DNA of 60,137 bases from an uncultured Clostridia bacterium (GTDB lineage: Bacteria > Bacillota > Clostridia > TANB77 > CAG-508). Position numbers and translations under genes: made by a program. Position 1 is the first letter of the stretch, and each line of letters starts with the position of its first letter. The stretch is from assembly GCA_944386205.1 (NCBI GenBank), contig CALXAE010000001.1:1-60137 (forward strand), in the 5' to 3' direction. Positions 40,701 through 51,095 of this stretch are shown piece after piece. The notes under the pieces are model-generated. The model had not been told where the DNA came from and did not search any database. It worked only from the letters and a program-made list of their open reading frames with translations.

Positions 40701-42701
40701 AGAAATTCTGCCTATTTCTTCATTATTGGCATATGCATTTGCTTTTTCGTTAGTATATGTAACATTAATTGTTTCTGGTTTTGCAATAGATGTTCTATTT
40801 ACATTGATTGTTGCATTAATAATGATGTTTGCACCTTCAACTGCTTGTGATTTATAATTTGTTTGTTCTCCTTCCATTTGGATTGTAATATATCTTCCAT
40901 TAACTTCATAATTTGCAATTCTTAATTCTTCTTCATATAACATGTCTATACTATTAATTGAAATACTCTCCACTTGTTCAGGTAATTCAATTATAAATCT
41001 TGGATTTCTATACAAATCTCTTGATTCTTCATCTGTTTTAAGGATTAATTTCATTTCAATGTCATTTGCAACAATAGTAGATAATGTATCTCTATTAATT
41101 TCTAATTTTGCTTCTGTAACAGTTTCTTCTAGTGAAATATTTGTTTCTGTTTCAGCTTCTATACCTGTTGAATATGTTGTTCCATTTTCTTCATCATATT
41201 GATTATATCCATATACTACTTTAGTTGCTATATGATCTGCTGATTTTACAAGATTTACATCGGATGTTCCTATTGTTTTTGTATGTGTAAATACTATACT
41301 TCCTTCTGTAATTGGTGTAGATGTTCTTATTTCTATTGTTGTAGGTTCTTTTCCTGTATAGTCGATAACAATGTTTCCTTCTTCATTGGCTTTTGTATTA
41401 TTTGTTATTTGTGCTAATTGCTCACCATTTTCATTATAAATTTCAATAGTTCCTTCTTCTCCAAATATTGTATCAAAATCCTCTTTGCTGATAATTGTAT
41501 TATTATAATATATAGAACTATCTGTTTCTCCACCATCTGCTAAAACATATCTGCTTGCTTCTTCTCTAATAGATATATATTCTGCTATATTTGCTAAGTT
41601 AACATCTAATGTTGTTTCACTTGTATATGTCTTATTTATGCCAGAATATAGTTTTCCTTTATACATACTTTCTTCTGAATTATTAGCAGTTACTTCTATT
41701 GTAGAATCTATTTCTTCATTTGATAATGTTATAGTATTTATTTTGGCATTTAACTCTTTATTATTATATAATGTAACTATTTCTTCTGAAGTTATTTCTA
41801 TATCATCTAGTTCTACATCGGCATCATAAATATATGTTAATATTACATTTTCTTCTCCTTGCTTTCTCCACAATATACGATTATTTGCTGTTTCTTCATT
41901 TTTTAATGTAATTTCAACATATCCGTCTTCATATTTATAATCAAATGCTGACATTGTGTTTAAATGAACATCTTCTAATACTTCTGGTTGTGCTCCATCT
42001 ATTTCTGGAACTTGTACTTTTAAATAAATTTCTTTTATTGGATAATTATTTTCATTTAATCCCATATCTAGTGATAATTGCAAAACTCTCTTATCTTCAC
42101 CAGATATTTTCATTACTTTATTAGTTATAATTTCCACATTATTTTTAATATCTTCATTTGTATTTTCTTCTACTAATTGCATATTAACTGTTCTTGTTGC
42201 TTCTATGTTTATATCTTTTTCTGTATTATCCCTATAAATACCTGTTAAAGTTAAGTCACTTTCCATATCTAACATATTGATATCTAATATGTCTTCATCA
42301 ATTGGTTTTATCTTAACTTCTATTTCCGCAGGTGTTCCCACATTTATTTGATTTAAATTAATGGTATTGTCAGAGATATTGCTTACATATCCACTTTCAG
42401 AATTAACAATAGTAAAGTTAGCATTTGATAATGTTATTTTTCCATTGAAAAATCCCTCTGTATTGATATTTACATATAAATGCAAAGATATGTCTTGCAT
42501 ATCTGCGGTTCTTTCTAATATGGTTGTCTTTTGTCCATTACTATCTTTAAAATAAGCATCAAATTCTACATTTTTATGGTTTGTGCTGATATTATCTGCT
42601 GCATAACTAATAATACTTGAACCTAAAAATATAAAATTTGTCATTGTTAGTGTTATAACTAATGCTATAATTACACTAATTTTGAAGATTTTACTTTTCA
42701 T
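37779..42701 (-). CDS. Giant surface protein 'A1': DUF11-type repeat domains, SdrD-B domain, SIRTG + TM tail
   Basis: Signal peptide. GEVITYRIQVSNTGSEAVNTITVRGEIPEGTTLVEP and related DUF11-type units. ISGLAWFDENHNGRKDDEE...NDNGMYVLDNIANGQYIVIFEY. The C terminus is ISIRTGG, then a TM helix, then KRKNHKEEE. The gap to B1 is 15 nt with a GGAGG RBS. It is collinear with A2. Confidence 0.8.
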   Translation of the reverse strand: MKSKIFKISVIIALVITLTMTNFIFLGSSIISYAADNISTNHKNVEFDAYFKDSNGQKTTILERTADMQDISLHLYVNINTEGFFNGKITLSNANFTIVNSESGYVSNISDNTINLNQINVGTPAEIEVKIKPIDEDILDINMLDMESDLTLTGIYRDNTEKDINIEATRTVNMQLVEENTNEDIKNNVEIITNKVMKISGEDKRVLQLSLDMGLNENNYPIKEIYLKVQVPEIDGAQPEVLEDVHLNTMSAFDYKYEDGYVEITLKNEETANNRILWRKQGEENVILTYIYDADVELDDIEITSEEIVTLYNNKELNAKINTITLSNEEIDSTIEVTANNSEESMYKGKLYSGINKTYTSETTLDVNLANIAEYISIREEASRYVLADGGETDSSIYYNNTIISKEDFDTIFGEEGTIEIYNENGEQLAQITNNTKANEEGNIVIDYTGKEPTTIEIRTSTPITEGSIVFTHTKTIGTSDVNLVKSADHIATKVVYGYNQYDEENGTTYSTGIEAETETNISLEETVTEAKLEINRDTLSTIVANDIEMKLILKTDEESRDLYRNPRFIIELPEQVESISINSIDMLYEEELRIANYEVNGRYITIQMEGEQTNYKSQAVEGANIIINATINVNRTSIAKPETINVTYTNEKANAYANNEEIGRISQEIEVVAPKDVTVINSIEALNVETIGEEETTSVSLQRGTEAQQLEVHFELINNNEENVENVYMLGTFPTRTEENNIDIAIINGITIDNAKIYYTENENATTDIENSENGWSETIENPTAVKKYLIVMDKIDARTSVSGTYRIEIPENLEYNQMATEGYEVTYTRGLARSENTVKATTISMETGVGPKVETNLTASVAGENLTDTNTVKNGEVITYRIQVSNTGSEAVNTITVRGEIPEGTTLVEPVDNYEYTGASYYKEVEADNYETVIENLAVGDVTYVEYQVMVNAETESGTTIACTAEISYLDVIQETNTSQVTSESGNLSSMVKRVTDRQVDLYEAGTVSYFAIIKNISSETIEDAVVKTNKSDNLDVSRLTLISGMSEDEVADDDIYIISSENTDVEVREENNESTIDEDTTSETIEYSDEIHVGTLNPGEVKVLSYNMVINEMPDNEVDTINFSVVASDGNTEHRSNVWEDKVNSFDIDMTMTSNTESRYVQSGDNITYTIQIRNNSTSQTSGLVVRDEIPSQLTIQRVTKDGEDIEFTTNTIEIQDDIQANSESTITIETVVNYSDARVEAESITNRATASIYGEEIATTSDLNHIIEADIVEDDTPNEGGNFDNTDDEQNGNIANGEQMISGLAWFDENHNGRKDDEEETLQNITVKLLNVETNSYVKDSSGNILEAKTNDNGMYVLDNIANGQYIVIFEYDENQYTLTTYKAEGISEAENSDVRQNELLIEGERQEVASTDIIRIDNENIADTNIGLSELQNFDLKLDKYISRILVQNSSGTTTREYGNSTTAKIELDAKEMSGSTVIIEYNIVVTNVGEVAGYARNIVDYMPSDLEFSSELNKDWYESGNTLHTSILGNEIINPGESKTVTLTLTKTMGEDNLVTRNKAEIYQAYNDLGLEDGNSTPGNNASGENDMGYADVIISIRTGGVVYMSIGITIAIIVLAGVVAGIIVKRKNHKEEE

Positions 42702-42782
42702 ATTGGTACCTCCCTTGAACCCAAATTTTGTGTTTAATCACATTTTCAGCATTTTAATTTTTTATGATTACATTCATTATTT

Positions 42783-42811
42783 ATTATACCGCGTTTTTGC
42801 CTATTTTTCAA
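42783..42811 (-). promoter_or_regulatory. Sigma-A-type promoter for the A1-B1 operon
   Basis: Minus strand reads TTGAAA (42811-42806), a 17-nt spacer, then TATAAT (42788-42783), about 80 nt upstream of the A1 ATG. Confidence 0.55.
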
Positions 42812-42929
42812 TAATTTTCCAGTATTTTTTTAACTTTTTATGTTACTTTTTAACAATTATCAAAATTCCCGCATAATATATTACATAGAAAATTGTATTT
42901 CGAATATATATTTATATGAGGTGATTGTT

Positions 42930-43406
42930 TTGGATAATTTTAATATTGATAAAAATACAATGGATAAGTTGAATTCTATGCTAAAAAACGGGAACTTAAA
43001 TGATATGCTTTCTCAAATTCCTCCTGATACACTAAAAAATTTTTCAAATATGATGAATGGAAATAGTTCTAATGATACTTCTAATAATGTTCAATCAAAT
43101 TCAGTTCACCAAGAAGCTCATAATGCTTCAAGTGCTGATTCCCCTAATCCTTCAGGGTATTCATCTAACACAAACAATTTTGATTTTAGCAATATTGATA
43201 TAAACACTATGATGAAAATGAAATCTGTAATCGAAAAAATGAATGACACCTCTGATCCTAGAAAAAATTTGTTACAATCTTTAAAACCATACTTACGAGA
43301 TGAGAAAAAAAGCAAATTAGATCAGTATTCCCAATTATTAAATATGACAAGTCTAATAGAATTATTTAATCAAACTAATGGTAAGGAGAATTCTCGTGAT
43401 CAATAA
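42930..43406 (+). CDS. Hypothetical N/S-rich protein
   Basis: The track ORF starts at 42840. GAGGTGA followed by TTG at 42930 gives (M)DNFNIDKNTMDKLNSMLKNGNL... The ATG at 42959 is an alternative start. No family recognised. Confidence 0.5.
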   Translation: MDNFNIDKNTMDKLNSMLKNGNLNDMLSQIPPDTLKNFSNMMNGNSSNDTSNNVQSNSVHQEAHNASSADSPNPSGYSSNTNNFDFSNIDINTMMKMKSVIEKMNDTSDPRKNLLQSLKPYLRDEKKSKLDQYSQLLNMTSLIELFNQTNGKENSRDQ

Positions 43407-43794
43407 TATTCCATTTTTTAGGTTTCCGTTTTATACTTATCCTCACAATTATTCGAGAAATTTTTATCATCAACAAAATGCTTCTGTTAAACAAACTAAT
43501 CAAAATTCTCAAGCCAATTCTTCTTTAAAAAATGCACAACCTACCATGCACGGAAATTCTAAGTCATCTGATAATAATATAAGTCAAAAAAAATCATCTA
43601 AATATAGTTCTTTTGGTCCTATTTTTATTAATACAAACGGTTTTTCCAATAAAGAAGAACCTGTATTAGAACTCTCTGGACTTAAACTATATTTGGATGA
43701 TTTGATAATCTTGTCTTTACTTTTTTTCCTTTATAAGGAAGAAGTAAAAGATGATATGTTGTTTATGTTATTAATTTTATTGCTTATTAGTTAA
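43396..43794 (+). CDS. Hypothetical protein with C-terminal hydrophobic segment
   Basis: AAGGAGA followed by GTG at 43396 ((M)INNIPFFRFPFYTYPHNY...). It overlaps the upstream ORF by 11 nt, which suggests translational coupling. The C terminus is LIILSLLFFLY...MLFMLLILLLIS. Confidence 0.45.
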   Translation: MINNIPFFRFPFYTYPHNYSRNFYHQQNASVKQTNQNSQANSSLKNAQPTMHGNSKSSDNNISQKKSSKYSSFGPIFINTNGFSNKEEPVLELSGLKLYLDDLIILSLLFFLYKEEVKDDMLFMLLILLLIS

Positions 43795-43854
43795 TTGTCT
43801 ATAATCTTAAATAAAAGATATTGCTTTTTCATTACTAACTATATCTAAAAACAC

Positions 43855-44466
43855 CTATTCTATAACAATTTCATTATCAATGATGCTCACATATGCTTGT
43901 TTATGTAATGGTTCCTCTTCTCTGTCTATTTCTTTTATAACATTAGCAATTCTAATCTGTACAGTATCTAATAAACCAGCAGATATAATTGCTTGTTTAT
44001 TCCCTTTAGCCCCTGCATGTGCTAGTCCTCTCAAAGCTCCTAGCACTACAATATTGTCAGATGCCATTACTTCTGCTCCAGAATTAACATCTCCTAATAT
44101 TACTAAACTCCCTTCAGCTTCCATTTTTTGGCCAGAACGTAAAGATCCTCTATGAAATTTTGTTTCAGAAACGGCTATTTCTTTACTAAATGTCCTAGTA
44201 ATACTTGAAAGCCCTAATGATTTTGGCATATCAAAATCAATTTCAACATCAATATTATTTTTTATCAATTCCTGTATCTGATCAATTTCTTTATTTTTCA
44301 AAATTTTCCCAGTTACTTTAATTGGTGTTTTTTCATTTTTATACATCTTTTTTAATTCTGAAATTTTCCTTTTTAAGTTTTCTATAATTTCGCTTTGTTC
44401 TGCATCATCACTAATTTTAATTAAAATTTCATTTTTTCTTAAATTAATACTAACACAATTTCTCAT
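43855..44466 (-). CDS. minC: Septum site-determining protein MinC
   Basis: The C-terminal beta-helix sequence RGSLRSGQKMEAEGSLVILGDVNSGAEVMASDNIVVLGALRGLAHAG is typical of MinC. Confidence 0.85.
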   Translation of the reverse strand: MRNCVSINLRKNEILIKISDDAEQSEIIENLKRKISELKKMYKNEKTPIKVTGKILKNKEIDQIQELIKNNIDVEIDFDMPKSLGLSSITRTFSKEIAVSETKFHRGSLRSGQKMEAEGSLVILGDVNSGAEVMASDNIVVLGALRGLAHAGAKGNKQAIISAGLLDTVQIRIANVIKEIDREEEPLHKQAYVSIIDNEIVIE

Positions 44467-44526
44467 TCTTACATCCTTCCCTTAATTACTTTTATATAAA
44501 ACGCCAAAACGCAATTATTTTTCAAT

Positions 44527-46659
44527 CTATCTTAAAGATTGATTATAATTCACCGCACTCATATCTTCTTGTACATCTTGTGTATTCATTCCAAAATACT
44601 CTTCCATAATATCTCTTACAACCTCTGCTGTGTAATTTCCATGTCCTCCATTTTCTACCATAACTACAACAGCAATTTCTGGATCTTCAAATGGTGCAAA
44701 TCCGGCAAACCATGCATGAACAACCTCATTTCCATTATCATCAAATGCTTCTGCTGAACCAGTTTTTCCCCCAACAGATATTCCAAAATCTTGGAATCTT
44801 ACATAAGCTGTTCCTGTTGTATCACTTGTAACTGACTGCATTCCCTGTAAAACCGCATTTAGATTTTCTTGACTAATAGTCAAATCTTCACTTGTATCCT
44901 CTTGTAATCCCAATTTTTGGTTTACAAAATTATTTATTTCTTCCGTAGACGCCTCTGTTCCATCAGGTTTTATAATACTTTTTACAATAGTTACATCAAT
45001 ATCATTTCCACCATTTGCTAACATACTAATATATTTTGCCATTTGTAATGGGCTAAAATTATTTAATCCTTGTCCTATAGAAGCATTTATTGTTTGCCCT
45101 GATGTCCATGTAACCCCAACTGTTTCTGCATACTCTGGATTTGCTACTGCTCCTGTAGCTTCACTTGGTAATTCTACCCCAGTTTTAACGCCTAATCCAA
45201 AATATCTTGCATATTTCGCTAATGTCTCTATTCCCATTCTATCTCCTGTTTCATAGAAGAAAAAGTTACATGATCTTTCAATTGCTTGTGATACATTAAT
45301 ACGTCCATGTCCTCTACGATAGTCTGTATAATACCAGCAAGGCCATGTTTCTCCATATTTTGAATACAATCCTGTATCATTAATAATTTCTGTTCTAGTA
45401 ATCGCCCTTGATTCTAATCCTGCAATAGCAGTTACCATTTTAAATATTGAACCTGGTGGATATGTATTTTGTACAGCTTTATTCATCAATGGTTTTGCTG
45501 GATCAGTATTATATTGATTCCATCTATCTGTACTAATACCATTTACAAAATCTGCTGGATCATAATTTGGATAACTTGCCATTGCTAGAATTTCACCTGT
45601 TTTCACATTCATAACCACACAACTACCAGCTTTTGTATCATAAGCTGTTCCAAATCCTCCTGATGCAATTTTTTGAATATTTGCTTCTAAGGCTTGTTCT
45701 GTTATAGTTTGCAAATTAGAATCTATAGTTAATACAACATCACTTCCAGCAATTGCTTCTTCAGATGTATACTCTGCTGTAATGGTTCCGTCAACTGCCA
45801 TATCTATTTGTTTTGTTCCATCTTGTCCTTTTAAATATTCTTCAAACACAGATTCAATTCCTGTTTTTCCAATAATATCATTTTGATCATATGTATCTTT
45901 TCTTGTTGCATATTCTTCTGCACTAATTGTTGACGCATAACCTAAAATATGTGATGCTAATGTTCCTGATGTATATTCTCTTACTGGTTCTGTTACAATA
46001 TTAATTCCAGGAAAATTATCACTACTTTCCGAAAATTCTGCCACAGCCTCTCTTGGTATATCTTCTGCAATTGTCAATGCTCTTGTACTACTATATCCTG
46101 TTGTAGTTATTTCATATCTAATTGCAATAATTTTTCTAATCTCTGATATATCTGTATTTTCAATTTCATAGCGGTCTTTAAAGTCGTAAAATGCTTCTTC
46201 TGCTGATATGTTTTCATCTAAATCATAAGTTTCCTTCCAATTTGCTAATGTTTCATCACTAATTGTAAATTGGAATGGATCAATAGATATAGGAAAAGAA
46301 TCTACATATTCTATTTGATATTTTTCCAATAAGTTAACAATGTTTAAAATAGACTGATTTAATTCATTATCATCAATTTTTGTTTTATATAACTCTACAC
46401 TAAATTTAGTTGAATTGCTAACTAAAGCTGTTCCAGTTCTATCCAATATTTCTCCTCTTGCTGCCTCTATAGGAGTTTCTCTAGTAAGTCTTGTATTGGA
46501 TTCTTCTCTATACTCTGCTCCATGTACAATTTGCAAATTAAATAATTGTATAATCAATATAATTCCTATTATGTAGGTCAATACGGTTAAAATATTAAAT
46601 CTTAAATTCAAATTTCTCCTAGCTTTTTGCTTTTTTCGTTTAAAATTTAATCCTTTCAA
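44527..46659 (-). CDS. mrdA: Penicillin-binding protein 2 (elongasome transpeptidase)
   Basis: N-terminal TM helix, PBP dimerisation domain, and transpeptidase motifs (PPGSIFK = SxxK, ...SCN..., ...GKTGSAE = KTG). Its position after mreBCD supports the call. Confidence 0.88.
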   Translation of the reverse strand: MKGLNFKRKKQKARRNLNLRFNILTVLTYIIGIILIIQLFNLQIVHGAEYREESNTRLTRETPIEAARGEILDRTGTALVSNSTKFSVELYKTKIDDNELNQSILNIVNLLEKYQIEYVDSFPISIDPFQFTISDETLANWKETYDLDENISAEEAFYDFKDRYEIENTDISEIRKIIAIRYEITTTGYSSTRALTIAEDIPREAVAEFSESSDNFPGINIVTEPVREYTSGTLASHILGYASTISAEEYATRKDTYDQNDIIGKTGIESVFEEYLKGQDGTKQIDMAVDGTITAEYTSEEAIAGSDVVLTIDSNLQTITEQALEANIQKIASGGFGTAYDTKAGSCVVMNVKTGEILAMASYPNYDPADFVNGISTDRWNQYNTDPAKPLMNKAVQNTYPPGSIFKMVTAIAGLESRAITRTEIINDTGLYSKYGETWPCWYYTDYRRGHGRINVSQAIERSCNFFFYETGDRMGIETLAKYARYFGLGVKTGVELPSEATGAVANPEYAETVGVTWTSGQTINASIGQGLNNFSPLQMAKYISMLANGGNDIDVTIVKSIIKPDGTEASTEEINNFVNQKLGLQEDTSEDLTISQENLNAVLQGMQSVTSDTTGTAYVRFQDFGISVGGKTGSAEAFDDNGNEVVHAWFAGFAPFEDPEIAVVVMVENGGHGNYTAEVVRDIMEEYFGMNTQDVQEDMSAVNYNQSLR

Positions 46660-46686
46660 ATCTCCACCTTCCTTTTTACCTTCTAA

Positions 46687-47220
46687 TTAGAAATATCTTG
46701 TTAGAATCTTATTTCCCTTATACTCATTTTCAATACTATAACCAAATTTTTGCATTAATGGATACAAAATGATAACAAGAATCAAATTATAAATAATCTC
46801 AATAGCCAATATTCTAATAAAATTTACAATTTCGATATTTGTAGAAAACACCATATAATTTAATATATAAACAATCACTTCAAATATTAATGTAGCACCT
46901 AATATCATAAACATCATTGTAGCTCTACTATCCTTTGAAAAGTTTTTATCAAAAGTAGCTGCTAAAAAGCCTATAACTCCTAAACCTACTGCATTAATAC
47001 CAATTTGTGTTCCTATTACTAGATCCAAAATACCACCTATTACTACTCCATATATCACACCTGTTATTCGATTAGAAAATAGTCCTATAAATAAGATAAA
47101 AATAACAAATAAATTAGGCATAACCTTAGAAATGGTAAACCAATTGAAAAAATTTGCTTGTAAAAAATATAAAATAAATGCTGTTAATATAAGTAATAAG
47201 TTTATTGTTAATTTTTTCAA
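46687..47220 (-). CDS. mreD: Rod shape-determining protein MreD
   Basis: 177-aa polytopic membrane protein directly after mreC, with typical MreD size and hydrophobicity. Confidence 0.8.
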   Translation of the reverse strand: MKKLTINLLLILTAFILYFLQANFFNWFTISKVMPNLFVIFILFIGLFSNRITGVIYGVVIGGILDLVIGTQIGINAVGLGVIGFLAATFDKNFSKDSRATMMFMILGATLIFEVIVYILNYMVFSTNIEIVNFIRILAIEIIYNLILVIILYPLMQKFGYSIENEYKGNKILTRYF

Positions 47221-47235
47221 TTAATTCACCTCTTT

Positions 47236-48051
47236 TTATTTATTTGTTATAACTAATACTGTATCTAATTTATCAAAATCCACAGCAGTTTCTACAATAG
47301 CATATCTATCTGTTGAATTTTGTGTGTTTACAACTTTTTGTATACTTCCTACATGAATACCTTTTGGATAAATTCCGCCTAATCCAGAAGTTTCTACACT
47401 GTCTCCTTGTATAATACTATCATCATCAGGTATATACATTGCTTTCAATGCCGATTCTTCTTCTAATGTACCTTTACATACAATACTTTCATCTGTAGTA
47501 CTTAATAAACAACTAACAGAACTTGAAGTATCTACAATTGTCCTAACTTTTGCAGTATTATTTGTTACAGAAATCACATGCCCCACTAATCCTTGATCTG
47601 CAATAACTGTCATATTTTCTTCTATTCCATCATCGCTTCCTACATTTATCACAATCGTTTTTGAATAATTACTAATATCTTTGTTGATAATATAAGCTGG
47701 AACTGTACTATATTCACCATATTTTTCTGTTAAATCCAAATATTCTTTTAAAGTCTCATTTTCAGATTTAACATTTTCTAACTCTCTTAGTGATTGTTCT
47801 AATTCACTATTTTTTTGCTTTAGTTCTTCATTTTCTTCTTTTAAATTATTAATATCTGTAAAAAATGTACTATTCCCACTAATTCTATTTTTCAAATAAG
47901 TCAAACCATTTTGTACAGGCATTACTAATTTGCTTGCAGCATTTTCAAGAAATGAGGTTTCACTATCTGCATTTGAAAATACGACAATTAAAATTAAAAT
48001 AATAATGGTTATAACAATTCCCGCTATTTCTGCCTTTTTATTTTTATACAT
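47236..48051 (-). CDS. mreC: Rod shape-determining protein MreC
   Basis: N-terminal TM helix, a coiled coil (LKEENEELKQKNSELEQSLRELENVKSENETLKEYL), then a beta-barrel domain (...GLVGHV...TSGLGGIYPKGIHVG...). Confidence 0.88.
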   Translation of the reverse strand: MYKNKKAEIAGIVITIIILILIVVFSNADSETSFLENAASKLVMPVQNGLTYLKNRISGNSTFFTDINNLKEENEELKQKNSELEQSLRELENVKSENETLKEYLDLTEKYGEYSTVPAYIINKDISNYSKTIVINVGSDDGIEENMTVIADQGLVGHVISVTNNTAKVRTIVDTSSSVSCLLSTTDESIVCKGTLEEESALKAMYIPDDDSIIQGDSVETSGLGGIYPKGIHVGSIQKVVNTQNSTDRYAIVETAVDFDKLDTVLVITNK

Positions 48052-48068
48052 TTTCTACTCCTATCAAT

Positions 48069-49116
<1,048 letters not shown>

Positions 49117-49124
49117 TCATAAAC

Positions 49125-49832
49125 TCATATTTCTCCATCTTTCGTTAATATTTCTGAAATTATGCTTGTAAAATTTTGATTGCCTATCACAATATGGTCT
49201 AACAATTCAATATCAAATAATTGTGCCATTTCAAAAAGTTTTTTTGTTACCTCAATATCTGCTTTGCTAGGTGTAGAATCTCCACTCGGATGATTATGCA
49301 CTAGAATGATTTTTGCTGCTTGTATTTTTATAGGCTCTGCAAGAATATCTTTAATAGACATATTCACCGAATTAATCCCACCTTGCGCTATTGTTTTTAT
49401 TTTTATAATTTCATTCTTATTATTTAAAATGATTAGCTTCACTAGTTCTTGCTTTTCTAATCTCAGTTCTTCCATAAGTAATTTTGCAATGTCTTCTGGC
49501 TTTTTTATCTTAATTTTTTGATAATTTATGGGTGTTGTCATTCTTCTTGCTAACTCACTAACTGCTTTTAATTGTATTGCTTTTACTTTTCCTATTCCTT
49601 TTATTTTCATTAATTCTGTAATTGTCATTTCCTTTAAAAAGTCTAAATTATTTTCTTCATTTATATGATGACTTAATAATTTTTGCGCAATCACTACTGA
49701 GGATTCTTCTTTTGTTCCTGTTTTAATAATTATTGCCAATAATTCTGCATTTGATAACGATTTTTCTCCATAAAGTTCTAATTTTTCATATGGACGTTCT
49801 GTTTCTGGTAATTGTTTGATTTTGATAGACAA
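49125..49832 (-). CDS. radC: RadC-family (JAB/MPN domain) protein
   Basis: N-terminal HhH region (ELMKIKGIGKVKAIQL) and a JAMM motif (ILVHNHPSGDSTPSKADIEVT). Confidence 0.88.
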   Translation of the reverse strand: MSIKIKQLPETERPYEKLELYGEKSLSNAELLAIIIKTGTKEESSVVIAQKLLSHHINEENNLDFLKEMTITELMKIKGIGKVKAIQLKAVSELARRMTTPINYQKIKIKKPEDIAKLLMEELRLEKQELVKLIILNNKNEIIKIKTIAQGGINSVNMSIKDILAEPIKIQAAKIILVHNHPSGDSTPSKADIEVTKKLFEMAQLFDIELLDHIVIGNQNFTSIISEILTKDGEI

Positions 49833-49918
49833 AATATCATTCCTTTCTTTTTAATATTTTGCCCCTATTTTTAAACTTCAAATCTGGTTTGAATTGTAAT
49901 TATTTTTCAATCTTGTCC

Positions 49919-50176
49919 CTAAATTTTTTTATAAATTAAGATAGCCAATAACATTCCAATAATGCTCGCTACACTAATTCTAAACATTAATGCAAATGTA
50001 ATAGTAACAACACTTAAATCTAAAACAATAGGGTCTTGTAACCCAAAGGTTTGACTATAAGAAAGCCACCATAGCCAATCTACATTAGAAGCAAGTTGTC
50101 CTAATAATCCCCCTATTACTAAGCCTGATAAAATAAATACTAATAATATCCATATATTTTTATCTTTTGTCGCCAT
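49919..50176 (-). CDS. DUF4321-like small membrane protein
   Basis: 85 aa with two TM helices, in the usual Clostridial position upstream of radC-mreB. Confidence 0.65.
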   Translation of the reverse strand: MATKDKNIWILLVFILSGLVIGGLLGQLASNVDWLWWLSYSQTFGLQDPIVLDLSVVTITFALMFRISVASIIGMLLAILIYKKI

Positions 50177-50403
50177 TTTTATACCTCCAAATCAGCCTTT
50201 ACTTCTTACGGCTATTTATTTTTTCACATATTGGTATTATATATTGATTTAACATTTTTTTCAAGTAAAACCTTTACTTTTTTTATATTTATATGGTATA
50301 TTGTTAAATAATCAAATTTTTATTACCAAAAATTATATATTTAAATATAATAATATTAGTAGTATAATATAAGTAATAGATTTTAAGGAGGCTTTTTATA
50401 TAT

Positions 50404-51039
50404 ATGAAAATTGAAAAATTGACTGAAAATAAAATTCGTGTAATTATAAATTCAGAAGATTTAAAAAACAATAATTTAGATTATCAAACTATTATGGAAA
50501 AACCTATTGAATCACAAAAATTATTTTTGGAAATGCTTTTAAAAGCAGAAAAGGAAGTTGGTTTTTATACAGAAGGGTGTAAACTACTTGTGGAAGCCTT
50601 TTCTTCTTCTGATGAAAATTTTGTGTTTACCATTACCAAATATGTTGAAAAACCTGTAACACCACCTAATAAGTTAAAGGTTACTCCAAAAAAGAAAATA
50701 AAAAATGTAAATCCAAAAAGTACAACATCTATTTATGCTTTTCCTAATTTTGAAGAATTTTGTGATTTTTGCTCAGCAATTCATAACACAGGAAAAATTC
50801 ATTCAAAACTATTAGCAAAAAATATTTCTTTATACTTATTTAATGATACATATTACCTTGTTCTTTCTGAAATTCATACAGACAACACTAATATACCTGC
50901 TTTTTATTCTATTATTTCAGAATTTGCAAGCCTAATCTCTCATTCTGAAACATTTAAAATTAAATTATTTGAACATGGTAAAGCAGTTATGAAAAAAAAT
51001 GCAATTGAGACATGTATTAAATATTTTGTTTCGCAATAA
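50404..51039 (+). CDS. mecA: Adaptor protein MecA (ClpC adaptor)
   Basis: MKIEKLTENKIRVIINSEDLKNNNLDY...LFLEMLLKAEKEVGF: typical MecA N-terminal domain and overall length. Confidence 0.8.
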   Translation: MKIEKLTENKIRVIINSEDLKNNNLDYQTIMEKPIESQKLFLEMLLKAEKEVGFYTEGCKLLVEAFSSSDENFVFTITKYVEKPVTPPNKLKVTPKKKIKNVNPKSTTSIYAFPNFEEFCDFCSAIHNTGKIHSKLLAKNISLYLFNDTYYLVLSEIHTDNTNIPAFYSIISEFASLISHSETFKIKLFEHGKAVMKKNAIETCIKYFVSQ

Positions 51040-51056
51040 CATAAGTTTTTGAATTC

Positions 51057-51093
51057 AAAAATCCACAGTTTATTCATAAACTGTGGATTTTTT
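51057..51093. terminator. Bidirectional terminator between mecA and the M23 peptidase gene
   Basis: AAAAATCCACAGTTTA / TAAACTGTGGATTTTT (51057-51072 / 51077-51092), with A-run and T-run flanks. Confidence 0.7.
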
Positions 51094-51095
51094 AT

